Assembly (NCBI GenBank): GCA_036630325.1
Contig: CP142726.1
Location: forward strand, 124,001 to 188,000
Source of the DNA: Vairimorpha necatrix
Lineage: Eukaryota
Direction of reading: 5' to 3'
DNA: 64,000 nucleotides
Shown here: in pieces, positions 12,401 through 22,857 of the stretch
How positions within the stretch are numbered: position 1 is the stretch's first letter
How the letters are laid out: every line of letters begins with the position of its first letter
The notes under the pieces: model-generated
What the model was told of the DNA's origin: nothing
Databases searched by the model: none
The model's input: the letters and a program-made list of their open reading frames with translations, nothing else
Made by a program: the position numbers and the translations under genes

Positions 12401-13742
12401 CGAAAAACAGAGAAATGCATTTAATACAATAACAGATAGTATAGATGAAAAAGGCAATTTATTCTTTTTAGATGGACCAGCTGGATCAGGAAAGACATAT
12501 CTATACAATGTCCTGATTGAATATCTAAATAAGAATAAAAAATCTTCAATACAGATGGCCACTACAGGAATTGCTGCAGATCTATTAAAAGATGGAAGAA
12601 CAATGCATAGTTGTATGAAACTTCCTGTTCCTTTGACAGAGACCAGCGTATCTAGACTAAAGCAAAATACTCCAGAAGCAGAGAGAATAATAAAGGCCTC
12701 TTTATTGCTAATAGATGAAGTTTCGATGATGTCAAAACATGCATTGAACGCAATAGATGAGGTGCTTAAAAGACTCTGTGACAATGATGATATCTTTGGA
12801 GGGAAAACTCTATTGTTGGGTGGTGACTTTAGACAGACATCAACCATTGTAATGAAGGGTACTCCAAATGATATCATCGAGAACTCATTAATTAGTTCAA
12901 GACTTTGGGTACATGTCTGTGTACTAAAGCTTGAAACGAACATGAGATCATATAATCAATTGGAGTTTAATAAGTGGTTGTTAGATATAGGCGAGGGGCG
13001 TACTAGAGATAGTAAAGGATGTGTGGAGATACCCAAAGAATATCTTGAAGAAGGGGACATAGTCGATAGCATTTTTGGAACAATCAAAATTGAAGCAGGT
13101 GATGATTCTTTGTTTGATAAGATTATCTTAACGAGCAAAAATGAACATGCAAATGAATTGAATGCCAAAGTGTTAAACCTACTTAATGGATCTTCGAGGG
13201 TATATGTGAGTTCTGATGCTATAGAATCAGAGGATATCGAAGAACAACTGAGATTTCCTCTTGAGTTCTTGAACATGCAACAGCCATCAGGACTTCCTCC
13301 ACATAAGTTAGTATTGAAGATAGGGGCAATAGTGATGTTGTTACGCAATATTGATCCTAAGAATGGATTATTAAATGGGACCAGATTGAAGATAAAAGGT
13401 CTTAAAGATAATTACATCTTAGGTGAAATAATAACAGGAAGGGGAAGGGGCACCCTTGCTGTTATACCAAAGATAGACATGATGCCAAGTGACACTCTTC
13501 TTCCGTTTGTACTTAAAAGAAGACAGTTTCCTGTGGTATTGTCATATGCGACGACAATACATAAAGCACAGGGACAGTCTTTTGACAAAGTGGGAGTGTA
13601 TTTGCCTGAGGATGTATTTTCTCATGGTCAATTATACGTAGCTTTGTCAAGAGTGAAGAAGAGTGAAAACTTGAGAGTCAAGTTGGGGACAAGAGGAAGC
13701 AATACTAAAAATGTAGTTCTACGTGAACTAATTGGCCCATAA
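9438..13742 (+). CDS. Helitron Rep/Helicase (HUH endonuclease plus Pif1-type SF1 helicase)
   Basis: PDLFITMTCNP, EFQKRGLPHAH, YIFKYIYKG; DGPAGSGKT, IDEVSM, GGDFRQ, HKAQGQS, HGQLYVALSRV; uninterrupted 1434 aa. Confidence 0.97.
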   Translation: MFMKNQANNDLNKQPKATVTISQEICSNTENNNVIFYEANTSVYNQKNKKTNAGETKKRNSIFSFSSDNKTPSKPINNKKELDDLKDNRIIEALTERLDLACRITSRNHAEHYCGDLKEECAFCGALHFAGEASSNGLYKSCCHFGKVKLQRTRDFPDDIKNLYIGKNKDAKNFRDNIRSYNAALSFASLGAQIETVSNGPYVFKIHGQVYHNTYNVNNMDSNAPKKYAQLYVVDSDMANVQRMMNPSNRNCDIYIMSKLDGFIRSANPYSNAYKNMSEVIKEQKEMGKEVKDISMVFNKNLERDQRRYNAPSTSEIAMIFTDPNGEPPFERDIKVYSKGLSSDNLHLDILSPHLDPMTYTLFYPHGEAGWNANLRIESYHGESQKISLLQYKVAQISIRKDKFNPLLYGGKLFQQWIVDSYLQVEANNLNFIKLNQKKLRVDLYKGLVDYVNNGIESNAKPVILPSSFQGSPRNMRERYHDAMSIVRNFGKPDLFITMTCNPNWKEIKENLFEGQTAVDRPDLVAKVFNLKLKSMMGEILSGRVFGEVVAHVYSIEFQKRGLPHAHILIMLKDKIRDEERIDKFVSAEIPSPMENEVLHTCVTKHMIHGPCGLNNLTSPCMENGLCTKEYPKEHNTETRINKDGYPEYRRSRGAEYNVRGNIVTNANVVPYNAYLLEKYNCHINVEVCTSIKSVKYIFKYIYKGFDCAEMRITDNNEIDHFVNSRYVSAPEATWRLMEYKMHGRSHKIHRLPVHLPQEQLITFEEGREEEAVRLSDLRQTPLLAYFKLNEVDEGAHRFSYSEIPYHYTYKRGEWIRRKNKYSKIITRLYSVSPIEKERFSLRVLLINVKGAKSYEDLRTVNGVVYSSFAEAVEERGLLQDDKEWERALDEAVSTESPSIIRALFGYICAFNKPKNTKELFEKYLGDMSEDLDQNSRDEILSRLKDIVNAHGWSLNALGLDEPINYIKNERAVSGIEHDLDQMISSLNEKQRNAFNTITDSIDEKGNLFFLDGPAGSGKTYLYNVLIEYLNKNKKSSIQMATTGIAADLLKDGRTMHSCMKLPVPLTETSVSRLKQNTPEAERIIKASLLLIDEVSMMSKHALNAIDEVLKRLCDNDDIFGGKTLLLGGDFRQTSTIVMKGTPNDIIENSLISSRLWVHVCVLKLETNMRSYNQLEFNKWLLDIGEGRTRDSKGCVEIPKEYLEEGDIVDSIFGTIKIEAGDDSLFDKIILTSKNEHANELNAKVLNLLNGSSRVYVSSDAIESEDIEEQLRFPLEFLNMQQPSGLPPHKLVLKIGAIVMLLRNIDPKNGLLNGTRLKIKGLKDNYILGEIITGRGRGTLAVIPKIDMMPSDTLLPFVLKRRQFPVVLSYATTIHKAQGQSFDKVGVYLPEDVFSHGQLYVALSRVKKSENLRVKLGTRGSNTKNVVLRELIGP

Positions 13743-13750
13743 GAGCCAAG

Positions 13751-13863
13751 AGATGAAGAAATGCGCGTGAGCGTACAAGCACTATGCCATTTTTCTTCCA
13801 ATAAGGATGAGATAAAAGATGATAAAATGCGCCGTGAGCGTACAAAAACTATGCCATTTTTTT
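13751..13863 (+). repeat. Two-copy direct repeat in the Helitron 3' UTR
   Basis: agatga..aaatgcgc(c)gtgagcgtacaa..actatgccatttt at ~13751 and ~13817. Confidence 0.85.
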
Positions 13864-14360
13864 AAAGAATAAATATAATGTGATAAAATTAAAACATGTA
13901 CCCATGCAAACACAAACAACCCGTTCTCAGAACGGGTGTGCATACGCTAGTCTTTTTATAATGGAAAGAGTCTTTTTCATAAAATCAAATCCGAAAAGTT
14001 CTCTTATATTAGAAAAGGGGCTAACTGACAAATAAGAACATTTCTATTTTAGTAATTAAAAAGGGGTAAACAAATGTAAAAGAACAAAAAAAGGGTTATT
14101 CAATCTCCTTATATATGAAAAAAGACAAGCTTTTCTATTTTTCGAAAAAAGAATCATTTTACACTTTGATAGGGATTTTATATGTGTCAGTTACAGTTAT
14201 AAAAAAGATAATTAAAAAATAATTAAAATTCTTTCCAATATTCAAATGAAATTTGTAGTTCAAATCCTAGAGTAAAATATGATATTGATTTATAAAAATT
14301 TTATTTTTTGACGGTTAAAAATTAATATTTTCTAATACTTTAAGATTTTCACCCTTTCAT

Positions 14361-15989
14361 ATGCCAACATACATTTACGGGAAACTTACTAAATCAAAAT
14401 TTTATACTCCTCATAGAACATATTCCCATAAAACATCTTTTCCTCAAAAAATGCATATAAATAAATATCTTCCTTGTGTCCTTGACGACTCTAACAATTT
14501 ACAAGTTTTTTATAATTCAGCAGTTTTTAATAGTTTTTTAACGATAGAAGAAGAAGAAGTTTACAAATTATTTTCTAAGGACAATAAAACTACAATTACG
14601 AAAACAAAAATAGAGCCAAACACACTTTACACGTTTAAAGTAATAGAAGAAACTAATTCGCTACGTATTTGTGAAATATTTAAATATGATATTAACTGGG
14701 TTGGTAAACACACTACTGGAAAAATAAAACATCAAAAGAAAAAAAATGAAATTATTACTCCTATTGGTAAAGGCGAATGTGTCTTGCAAAATAATAAACA
14801 CAACAAACAAGTTTCGGCTATTTTATGGAAGATAAAAGATGACAAGATGTTTTTTGTTGAGATTGATAATCCCGTGAAAGACGCAATTGAAGTTACAGTG
14901 GACACGGTGCGTGAAAATTTTTTAATGGTCTCAAATGAAAATATTAAAGGAATTGTATTTACAAATGAAATAAACGAGTACGACGATATAAAAAGGAAAA
15001 AGAAGACAATTAAAGTCTATGTAAAAGAAGAACTTCTAGGGTTTTACATTTTTGAAATACTTTCCGCAATTAACATTAATGATTATATTGAAGCTAAAGT
15101 AGTTAAAAAATTAGATAATAAATACACACTCGAGTATCAAACATATAGCGGATTTATTAATACTACGAATATGGACCAATTTATGTCTAATAACAATAAG
15201 GCCATGACTATAAAAGGACGTATAATTAATATAAAAGATGGCGAATTTGAATTATCGCAGGTACAAAATATCAGCGTGCCATTTGATGCAGTCGTCAGCG
15301 AAAGCGAAGAAATAGAAGAAGACGAAGAGCTTGAATGTAGCGGCACACTTATGGATTTATTAGCTTCTATCAAAAGATATACAGAGGATAAAAAATATAA
15401 AGAGGTTAGGGAATTATATTATAAACATATAAATACACTAAATTCAACTGATAAAGATAATCTAAGTCTTGTGTATTGTAATTTTTTACAATATACAACT
15501 AGTGACACAACTGATTTGATTAAAGAAATGAAGAAAGTTGTAGGACATTGCAGCGATAAATTCCTCGATAAAGTTGGTAGTGTATCAGACAATTTTGAAG
15601 TTATAGAATTTTGCTATAAGAAAAAATTAAGCAGAGAACTGTACACTAAATACATTGATATGTGTTATAAATTGGGAAAGAAAATAACTGATTACAATTA
15701 TATGGACGTGGCCGTTGACTACATTTACAAATACGAAGATACACCTCGTATAAAAACAGAAAAGATTATTGGCAATATTAAACCTGGTTGGATTAAATAC
15801 ATAGAAAACGAAACACAAGACTATAAAAGAATTTTATTTCGTAGAGTTGTCAATATGGACTGGAAGGTTGGTGATATGAAAGAATGGTACAGGATGTGGA
15901 TGCAATATGAAAAAGAAAATAATGGGAATGTAGATGAAGTTAGAACACGAGCCAAAGAGTTTGTTGAAAGTATTAAAAACAAACAATAA
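14361..15989 (+). CDS. RRP5: Reduced rRNA biogenesis protein Rrp5-like (S1 repeats plus C-terminal HAT/TPR)
   Basis: Beta-rich S1-like N-terminal half, acidic linker, C-terminus MKEWYRMWMQYEKENNGNVDEVRTRAKEFVES typical of Rrp5. Confidence 0.75.
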   Translation: MPTYIYGKLTKSKFYTPHRTYSHKTSFPQKMHINKYLPCVLDDSNNLQVFYNSAVFNSFLTIEEEEVYKLFSKDNKTTITKTKIEPNTLYTFKVIEETNSLRICEIFKYDINWVGKHTTGKIKHQKKKNEIITPIGKGECVLQNNKHNKQVSAILWKIKDDKMFFVEIDNPVKDAIEVTVDTVRENFLMVSNENIKGIVFTNEINEYDDIKRKKKTIKVYVKEELLGFYIFEILSAININDYIEAKVVKKLDNKYTLEYQTYSGFINTTNMDQFMSNNNKAMTIKGRIINIKDGEFELSQVQNISVPFDAVVSESEEIEEDEELECSGTLMDLLASIKRYTEDKKYKEVRELYYKHINTLNSTDKDNLSLVYCNFLQYTTSDTTDLIKEMKKVVGHCSDKFLDKVGSVSDNFEVIEFCYKKKLSRELYTKYIDMCYKLGKKITDYNYMDVAVDYIYKYEDTPRIKTEKIIGNIKPGWIKYIENETQDYKRILFRRVVNMDWKVGDMKEWYRMWMQYEKENNGNVDEVRTRAKEFVESIKNKQ

Positions 15990-16997
15990 ATCTATAATAA
16001 AGTTTTATTTATAAAGAATTAATTAATTATATTTAAAGATTTTTTAGAAGTTGTTAGTACATACATTCTCATCCTAATTTGTGGGAAAGAGTCTTAAATT
16101 TTTTATAAGAAAAAAAAAATCTAAACAGAATCTCTGAGAACACAACATAAGGCATTTAAAAAAATATAATTCAAAAATATTTAATCTGAAAAAATTCGAC
16201 TTAAATTTGAAATGCCTGAAATATTTTTATTGCGTAAACTTGACCCAAAAACTAGTACTAAAGGCAACATAACTCAATTTAACCTGTCATTCTCACATTA
16301 TCTTAACAACAATTCACCTATATAAAAAATCATCATAGATTTGCCTTCAATCAAAAAAAAAATTACATTATCAATACCTAAATTCTGCAAGAAACTTCGC
16401 TAATCAAGACAAAGATTTTTACCAACTATGTTTTAACATCACAAACTTAACAACCGCCAATATGTTATCCAATATAGGAGCATCTTGCTTGTGGTCTGTT
16501 TGTATGATTTATCGAATTGACACAGAAGAAGTTTTTAAAGCTATAAACAACATCTGCTAAGTTTTTTAAAACATACAAATTTCAACCTAGTAGTTTTTGC
16601 TACTAAAGAGTTGGTAGTCATTTTGCACTTCAAGACAATAAAAGCTTTAGTAGGCATTATGGCAGAACTATTATATGATGTTGATTGTGTATAATTTGTG
16701 ATAAATAATATTTTTATAAAAATTACTTGAGAATTATTCCTATATTTTTGCCTTTTGGCGCTTTGCATCATCACAACTATTGACAATAAACCATTAAAAA
16801 CTTTAATACACTTCATAACAAATTGTAAAATTTCTACAATAAAGATTTTTAGAGGATTTTAATCGAAAAAATTTTTAATTACCTATTTTAATGACGATTT
16901 TTTTTACAAAAAATGATTTCAAACTATATAAGAAAGTAGTGGTAATTTAGATTAAATTTCTATGGATGTTTAATTTAAAAAGAAAAATAAATTTTTA

Positions 16998-17897
16998 TTA
17001 GATAAAAAATTCTGCTATTATGCGTATAATTTTTTCGCAGAATGTTTCATGTATCCCATTCAATATTTCGTATTCATAAAGATCTCTTATTTGAATATTG
17101 TCTTCTTTGCCAAAAAGCTCTATCAATCTATTATTTCGCTTTTGTGTTATATTTTCTTCTCCATCTTCTTGGTCGTTGTTATTATTATAGCCTTGTCCTA
17201 AATCAATAGATTCCGTACTAATTATCTTGTTTTCATCTTCATCGTCATCAATGTAAATTGTTACATAATCTAGCTCTATATCATTAGATAATGTGCTCAT
17301 TGCGTCATTATCGCATTTTTGTTTGTAATTTTCAGCTAAATATTTTTGATTTGATTTTTTGGCTATAAAAAAATTATATGGCGTTGATGGTAGAACATTT
17401 CTCAATTCATCATAATCCTTTTTAGACAGTCTAAATCGTATGTGATCATGATATCTTATATCTTGTAAATAATAAAAAAAAGAATTACACGGAGTTTGCA
17501 TGCTTTTATTATTTGTTGAAGATACTTCTGTCGTAAAATATTTTTTAGATGCTTTAAAATTAATTTCGGATTTTAAAAATGTTCTACAAGCCATAAAATT
17601 CATTTTATCATTGTTTCTAGTTAATGTCATTTCTAAAATTGATAATAATTCTGCGTCATATTTGCATTTAATAAAATTGAATGTTTCGAATGACGAATTA
17701 GTGCAAGCTTCATTCACTTTCTGTGAATAAAAATCTGTTGAAGAAAGAACTATCTTATACTTGTGATGTTCAAATGGTTCTAGACCATAGTTTAATCCTA
17801 AATAAAATGTGCAGACATTTTTATTTATAGATAAAAATATCATATGTTGTTTAGTAGCGGCAAAAGCAAATATAAAAATTATAATTGACACAAACAT
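16998..17897 (-). CDS. Hypothetical secreted protein (299 aa)
   Basis: Signal peptide MFVSIIIFIFAFA; CCCC immediately before ATG. Confidence 0.75.
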   Translation of the reverse strand: MFVSIIIFIFAFAATKQHMIFLSINKNVCTFYLGLNYGLEPFEHHKYKIVLSSTDFYSQKVNEACTNSSFETFNFIKCKYDAELLSILEMTLTRNNDKMNFMACRTFLKSEINFKASKKYFTTEVSSTNNKSMQTPCNSFFYYLQDIRYHDHIRFRLSKKDYDELRNVLPSTPYNFFIAKKSNQKYLAENYKQKCDNDAMSTLSNDIELDYVTIYIDDDEDENKIISTESIDLGQGYNNNNDQEDGEENITQKRNNRLIELFGKEDNIQIRDLYEYEILNGIHETFCEKIIRIIAEFFI

Positions 17898-18999
17898 GGG
17901 GTAATTTTATTGGAAAATAAATATTTTTTAAAAATAATATATATTGAATAACTTGGCTTAAAAAACAAATATATATTCTATTTGTCTTGTTTAAACGTAA
18001 AATTAAATAGATTAGTATGCTTTATTTAATTTAGAAAGTACATCAATATAAAAATAAATATAATTAGACAAATTAAGGAATTAATTTTAACAAGAATGTA
18101 AACTGCAATTATTTTTTTGATAAATTGTTTTCCTTTTTCCTTTTTTTAGAACAAATATTTACCAATTATTTTGTCTTTAAAGTATTTTATTTTTATGAAT
18201 TTGTATTAATTAGTTATTCTTATTTAATTTGTACAAATTCATATTAGAACAGAAAAACAAAACATTCAAATTTCTAAAAAGCAGGGAATTGGCGGATGTT
18301 TACGTCATACAATGAGCATTAAAAGATGACTTTACTCGTAAATTAAAATAAAAATTTTTTTATCTACCATATTATCTTAAGCAATCATGTTTAAAATTTC
18401 AAAATGAGTTTAATTTAGTTAGTTTTTATGTAATAATAAAAATTTAAAAAAAAAACGTAGATTTTATTCAGAAAAATATCTACACAAGTAGTAGAATTCT
18501 ATCTATTAATAAATTTATAATCTAATTATATCATCATAAAGATATTCAAGTAATTATTTTAGGTTTTCTATTTTTGCTTAAGAGATAAAAAATTAAATAA
18601 ATTCTTATATAAAGTAGTCGGGTAATCATTTCTCATTTTTTAGCTTAATGCGTATTCTTTTGTGTACAATACTATCTTATAATTACCGAATTTTATATCG
18701 AAAATTAATTGAATTTAAAATGTAGCCCTATATTCTAACTTCTTACATATAATAAATAATTTACGTATAGTATATAATCACATAAATTTATAAATGGTTT
18801 AATAGCAAATTATTCGTATGCATTTTCAATTTTTATTTATACGTATAAAAAATAAGCTAAAAATTTTATAGGTGTGGGCTGTGATATCATATATATAAAA
18901 AGTACTAGTGTAGCAATGAATAAATAGAAAGATAATTGCATATACGTGCTTTATATCTTAATTTGAAAATTACAAACAAAAGTACAAGGTTGAATTAAA

Positions 19000-21900
19000 T
19001 ATAAATTCTTTCCTTGTGAAAACATGCAAAAATACTTACAGAAAAATTTATAAAATATATTTTAGATTTTTAGAAAACTTTCTTGTCAATATCTTCCGAT
19101 AATTCGTAACATTAGGGCATATTGCGACTGAATCAAATATAAATTACATTTTTGCAATATGATATCCTATGTTGATGTTTATATCAATAAGGGGTACACA
19201 AGTCAAAAAAGCATTTGTTATGAACAACGAAGAACCACATAAGTTTTGTTCTGGAACTTATAATATAATGTAAGTAACCTATTTCAGGATTATAATAGTG
19301 TATGAACATGGAAGAAACTAAAACAAGAGTTTTATTTAATGATATCTTTTGAGTATTAAAGTATCAAATATTATTCTCTTAGGTCCAGTTCAATGTAGCT
19401 TTTTTTATACAAATAACACAAAGTTATTTATATTTTTTTTTTAGAATTTGATTCAATTAATGTAAATAAATTCGCGTATTACATTACATTATGGTAAATA
19501 CCATAAAATTATGTTTATACTTCTGATAATTATTACCTATTAAGCAATTTGTCAAAATAAATAATTTAATAAAGTTCTCAAACAAAATATCACGCGAATA
19601 CTGTTTGTGACATTTATGTGGTAAATTTCTATAATTTTCAATAGTTTTTTATTTTGACTGCAATATTTTGTATAAAACATTTGTTTATATTTTTTATAGA
19701 AAAAAAAATTAGTTCGCCAAAATGAAAATAATATGTTATTATATTCTACTATCACTGATATGACATTGTTTCCAATTTCTGTCAGAACTTGAACTATCGA
19801 TTCGGATCTAACGTAATTAAAGCACAAATAAATTGCTTTTCAGTTGTTGAGTTATTAAAAATAAAAGTCTTTAGAATGATGCCTTTGATTATAGATAGTA
19901 ATTTGGAAGACCAAAATTTTTAATCCAAAGTTCAAAACTATCTTAGAGAGAAAATTTGACCGTAATTTTTGTTAATAGAAAAAGAATTTGGAAATAATAA
20001 TTAACATTATTAAGAAAAATTAATAAGGTAAAAAAATTGCAGCCAAATACTTTAGCACAACAAGAATATTATTTTGCTCAAAGAATATTACATAGAACAT
20101 TAGAAACTCTCAAATTTTGATTTTTTTTTACAAGGATAGATCGAGACATACGAGACAGTACAAAGAAAAAAGTATGAATATCTCAAATAAAAATCATGTT
20201 ATAAATATAACGATATAAAAAAAATATCCTCTGTAGTTATAAGTAGTGTGACGGGATGGTTGTTGATATAGAGAAATCATAGGCCGGAATAAGAGGTTTA
20301 TTGTCTAGATAAGTTTTAAAACCAACAAAAATGTATTTTTGTTGTAAGTAAAAATAATTACTATTCTTTTCAGGACTTGAGTCCTGATGTTGGCAATTTG
20401 GTAGACACTTTCAATCACATTATAAAAGGTGGGATGATGAAAGTTTAAAAAAATTTCTTCAATACTCATTGTGATTAGACACGAGGTCTGATTTGAAATA
20501 GAAGACGAAGTATTCAAAATAGATTTATTTGAATTATGATTTAGACATATCATTAAGGGTAAGGTCTAGAAAATAAATAGGAAATATTTGGAATAGACCA
20601 TTTCGGGGTCTATTCCGTATAGAACAAATTGCTAAAGTAAAATTAACACTTCTAATGCTCATGGTCAATATTATTTAATCGCCTACCACATATATCATCC
20701 TTCGCATGTATATTAAATGAGAATTAAGAATCCAATATAAGCCGAGTAAGGCTTTCTTTATATTTGTGATGCATATTTGCAAATATTCTGCATTATTTAA
20801 AATTAATGATAATTTTGATCCACAATTTAAAAATATAAAAAATTTTTTTTTTTGCAAAGGAAATCAACACATATTCGTTGCACAATGACACTATTCATCT
20901 TTTCTTATAAAAGTATGTTTGTTTTTATAGGGTAAAACATATTCATGAAATGGGTACTAATAATTTATCTATATTCACAAATTTAATTCAATTTAGTATC
21001 TCTAATTCTCAAAATAAATCAATATGATGGATCTATATGGATTTATGGCCCCTATATAGAAGAAAAAGAGAATTAAATGAGAATATATAAGACTGTATTT
21101 TATCAATGGCATCATAGCTGTCAAATACAGAAAAATTCTTGCGTCTAAAAGATAAAGAATTATATAAATTTAGTAAATATGAGTTGTGTGAAGAATATTA
21201 ATAAAATAATTAAGACTACTGTATAATTGATAATTATTTTAGACAAAAAATATAATAAAAGCTAGAAGAAAAGAAGGGTTTTACAGGCAAAAGTTTAGAT
21301 TAAGACTAAAATTTAAGAAAGTTGTAATTATGAAATGTAAGAACATCGTGTTAAAGTAGTCGATTAATTTTACACTAAAAACATATGGAATGAAGAACAA
21401 TTATTAAATTTATAATCAAATTTGATAAATCATTAATTTATTAATTAAAAATAGCTTTTCGTCCGCCAAAATACAAGATTTAGAAGTTAATTGAAAATGT
21501 CTATGTATAAATTTAATTCAAAAGCTACATATAATGTGGAAGAACATATTAATAAATTGGAAAAGGGTCTGTATTAATATTTATTAGCCGAGTATACAGC
21601 TATATTTACAAAGGATTTATATAATACTTAAAAATTTTGGAGATAAAAGTAAACAGAAAATTTTCTAGAAACTAAAATTTAGTTTTTTTAAAATCTTGAA
21701 CATATATTAAAGAATGGAAGAGAAGAATATAAGTGTGAAAAGAAAATTAAAATATTTAATCAAAAATTGAGAATGATGGCATAATTAAATACTTTTTAAA
21801 GAAACAATCAGCTATAGAATTTCACGATAAATTTGTAGAAAGTTTAAAACAAAAACAATACAGCGTAAAATTATTTTAAAAAAAATTTGCTTTTAATTAA
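19000..21900 (+). pseudogene. Decayed paralog of the 725-aa gene at 54021..56198 (limits approximate)
   Basis: 21073-21198 translates LNENI*DCILSMAS*LSNTEKFLRLKDKELYKFSKYELCEEY, gaplessly colinear with FNMNVKRYLLPILSSFTDSESFPPIEDMANPIFSEYKFLEEL. Confidence 0.55.
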
Positions 21901-22426
21901 CGGCATTATTGTTTTGTAAATAAAAACAGTGACTTTCATCCTGAGGATATCACAAGATTGTTTTTCGAAGTCGGAAATGCTTCACTTTGTTTGTTTGATT
22001 TTATACAAAAAAAAACTGAAAAATTTCGCCTGGAAGTTTTATTTATAATAATTTTAGTTTTTTTCGGCAGTGGTTTATGTTAAATTATCTAAAAGCTATA
22101 TTGTGTGATACAAAAAAAAGTCTTTCTGCTTTTACTTCAAAATTATATGTCGTATATCCCCATATATGACATAAATATCTTCATAATCCGTTTAAAATAA
22201 TTTGATTAAAAATTTTCTTAATATAATTAAAGCGTGTATGAATGAAATTTTCATGTCTTACATCAGTTTTGCACTTTTAAATATAAAACTGATCCTAAAA
22301 GATTTATAGTTTTCTAATATATAAAACAAAAGCAAGTATATATGTTTTTTGACGTAATCGATAAATCAAGTAAGAATATAAAATTGTATAATACATTTTA
22401 TATTGGATGAATATCGCCACAAATAG

Positions 22427-22532
22427 TGTTATGGATTGTCATAATTTGCATCATTTGCTATCATAAATGTCTATAACCCTTTGTTTATTTAAGTAAAATA
22501 AAATAAATAAGTATAGACTAAGGCCAATAACA
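22427..22532 (-). mobile_element. Candidate orphan 3' LTR of a truncated element
   Basis: TGTTATGG...CCAATAACA inverted termini followed by CCCCC (PPT-like on minus strand). Confidence 0.4.
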
Positions 22533-22857
22533 CCCCCTAACTGTAAATTCATCTGAAAAAAGTACTTCTGAAAGTTATAATAACAATTCTTGTTTTGTAG
22601 ATCATGGTTCACAAATGAATACGTAAAGACATTCAAGAGACAAGACCTTATATATAGTAGAAGGCTATAATAATTAGCTAATTGTACCTATTATATAGAT
22701 ATTACATATAAGAACTTTATAACTGCGTAAATAGTAGTTCAAAAAAACCTTGAACATATAGAACCATGATCCTACTGAAATCTAATATTATGGCTGTTGA
22801 TTGATGCTATCATGTATGATCAAATATTGTTTTAATCTTATTAGAAGGCAATAAAGT

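Larger units (their letters stand above)
8981..13950 (+). mobile_element. Autonomous Helitron (5' end tentative)
   Basis: RepHel ORF; 3' hairpin ACCCGTTCT-C-AGAACGGGT at 13919-13937, CTAG at 13947-13950 followed by T; candidate A|TC start at 8981. Confidence 0.85.

Noticed and set aside
9924-13348. Minus-strand ORFs within the Helitron (likewise those inside Rrp5, pol, Ago and the membrane genes)
   Set aside because: Shadow ORFs antisense to well-supported genes
16200-16816. Retroelement remnant suggested by IIQTDHKQ
   Set aside because: Single short motif without flanking RNase H context
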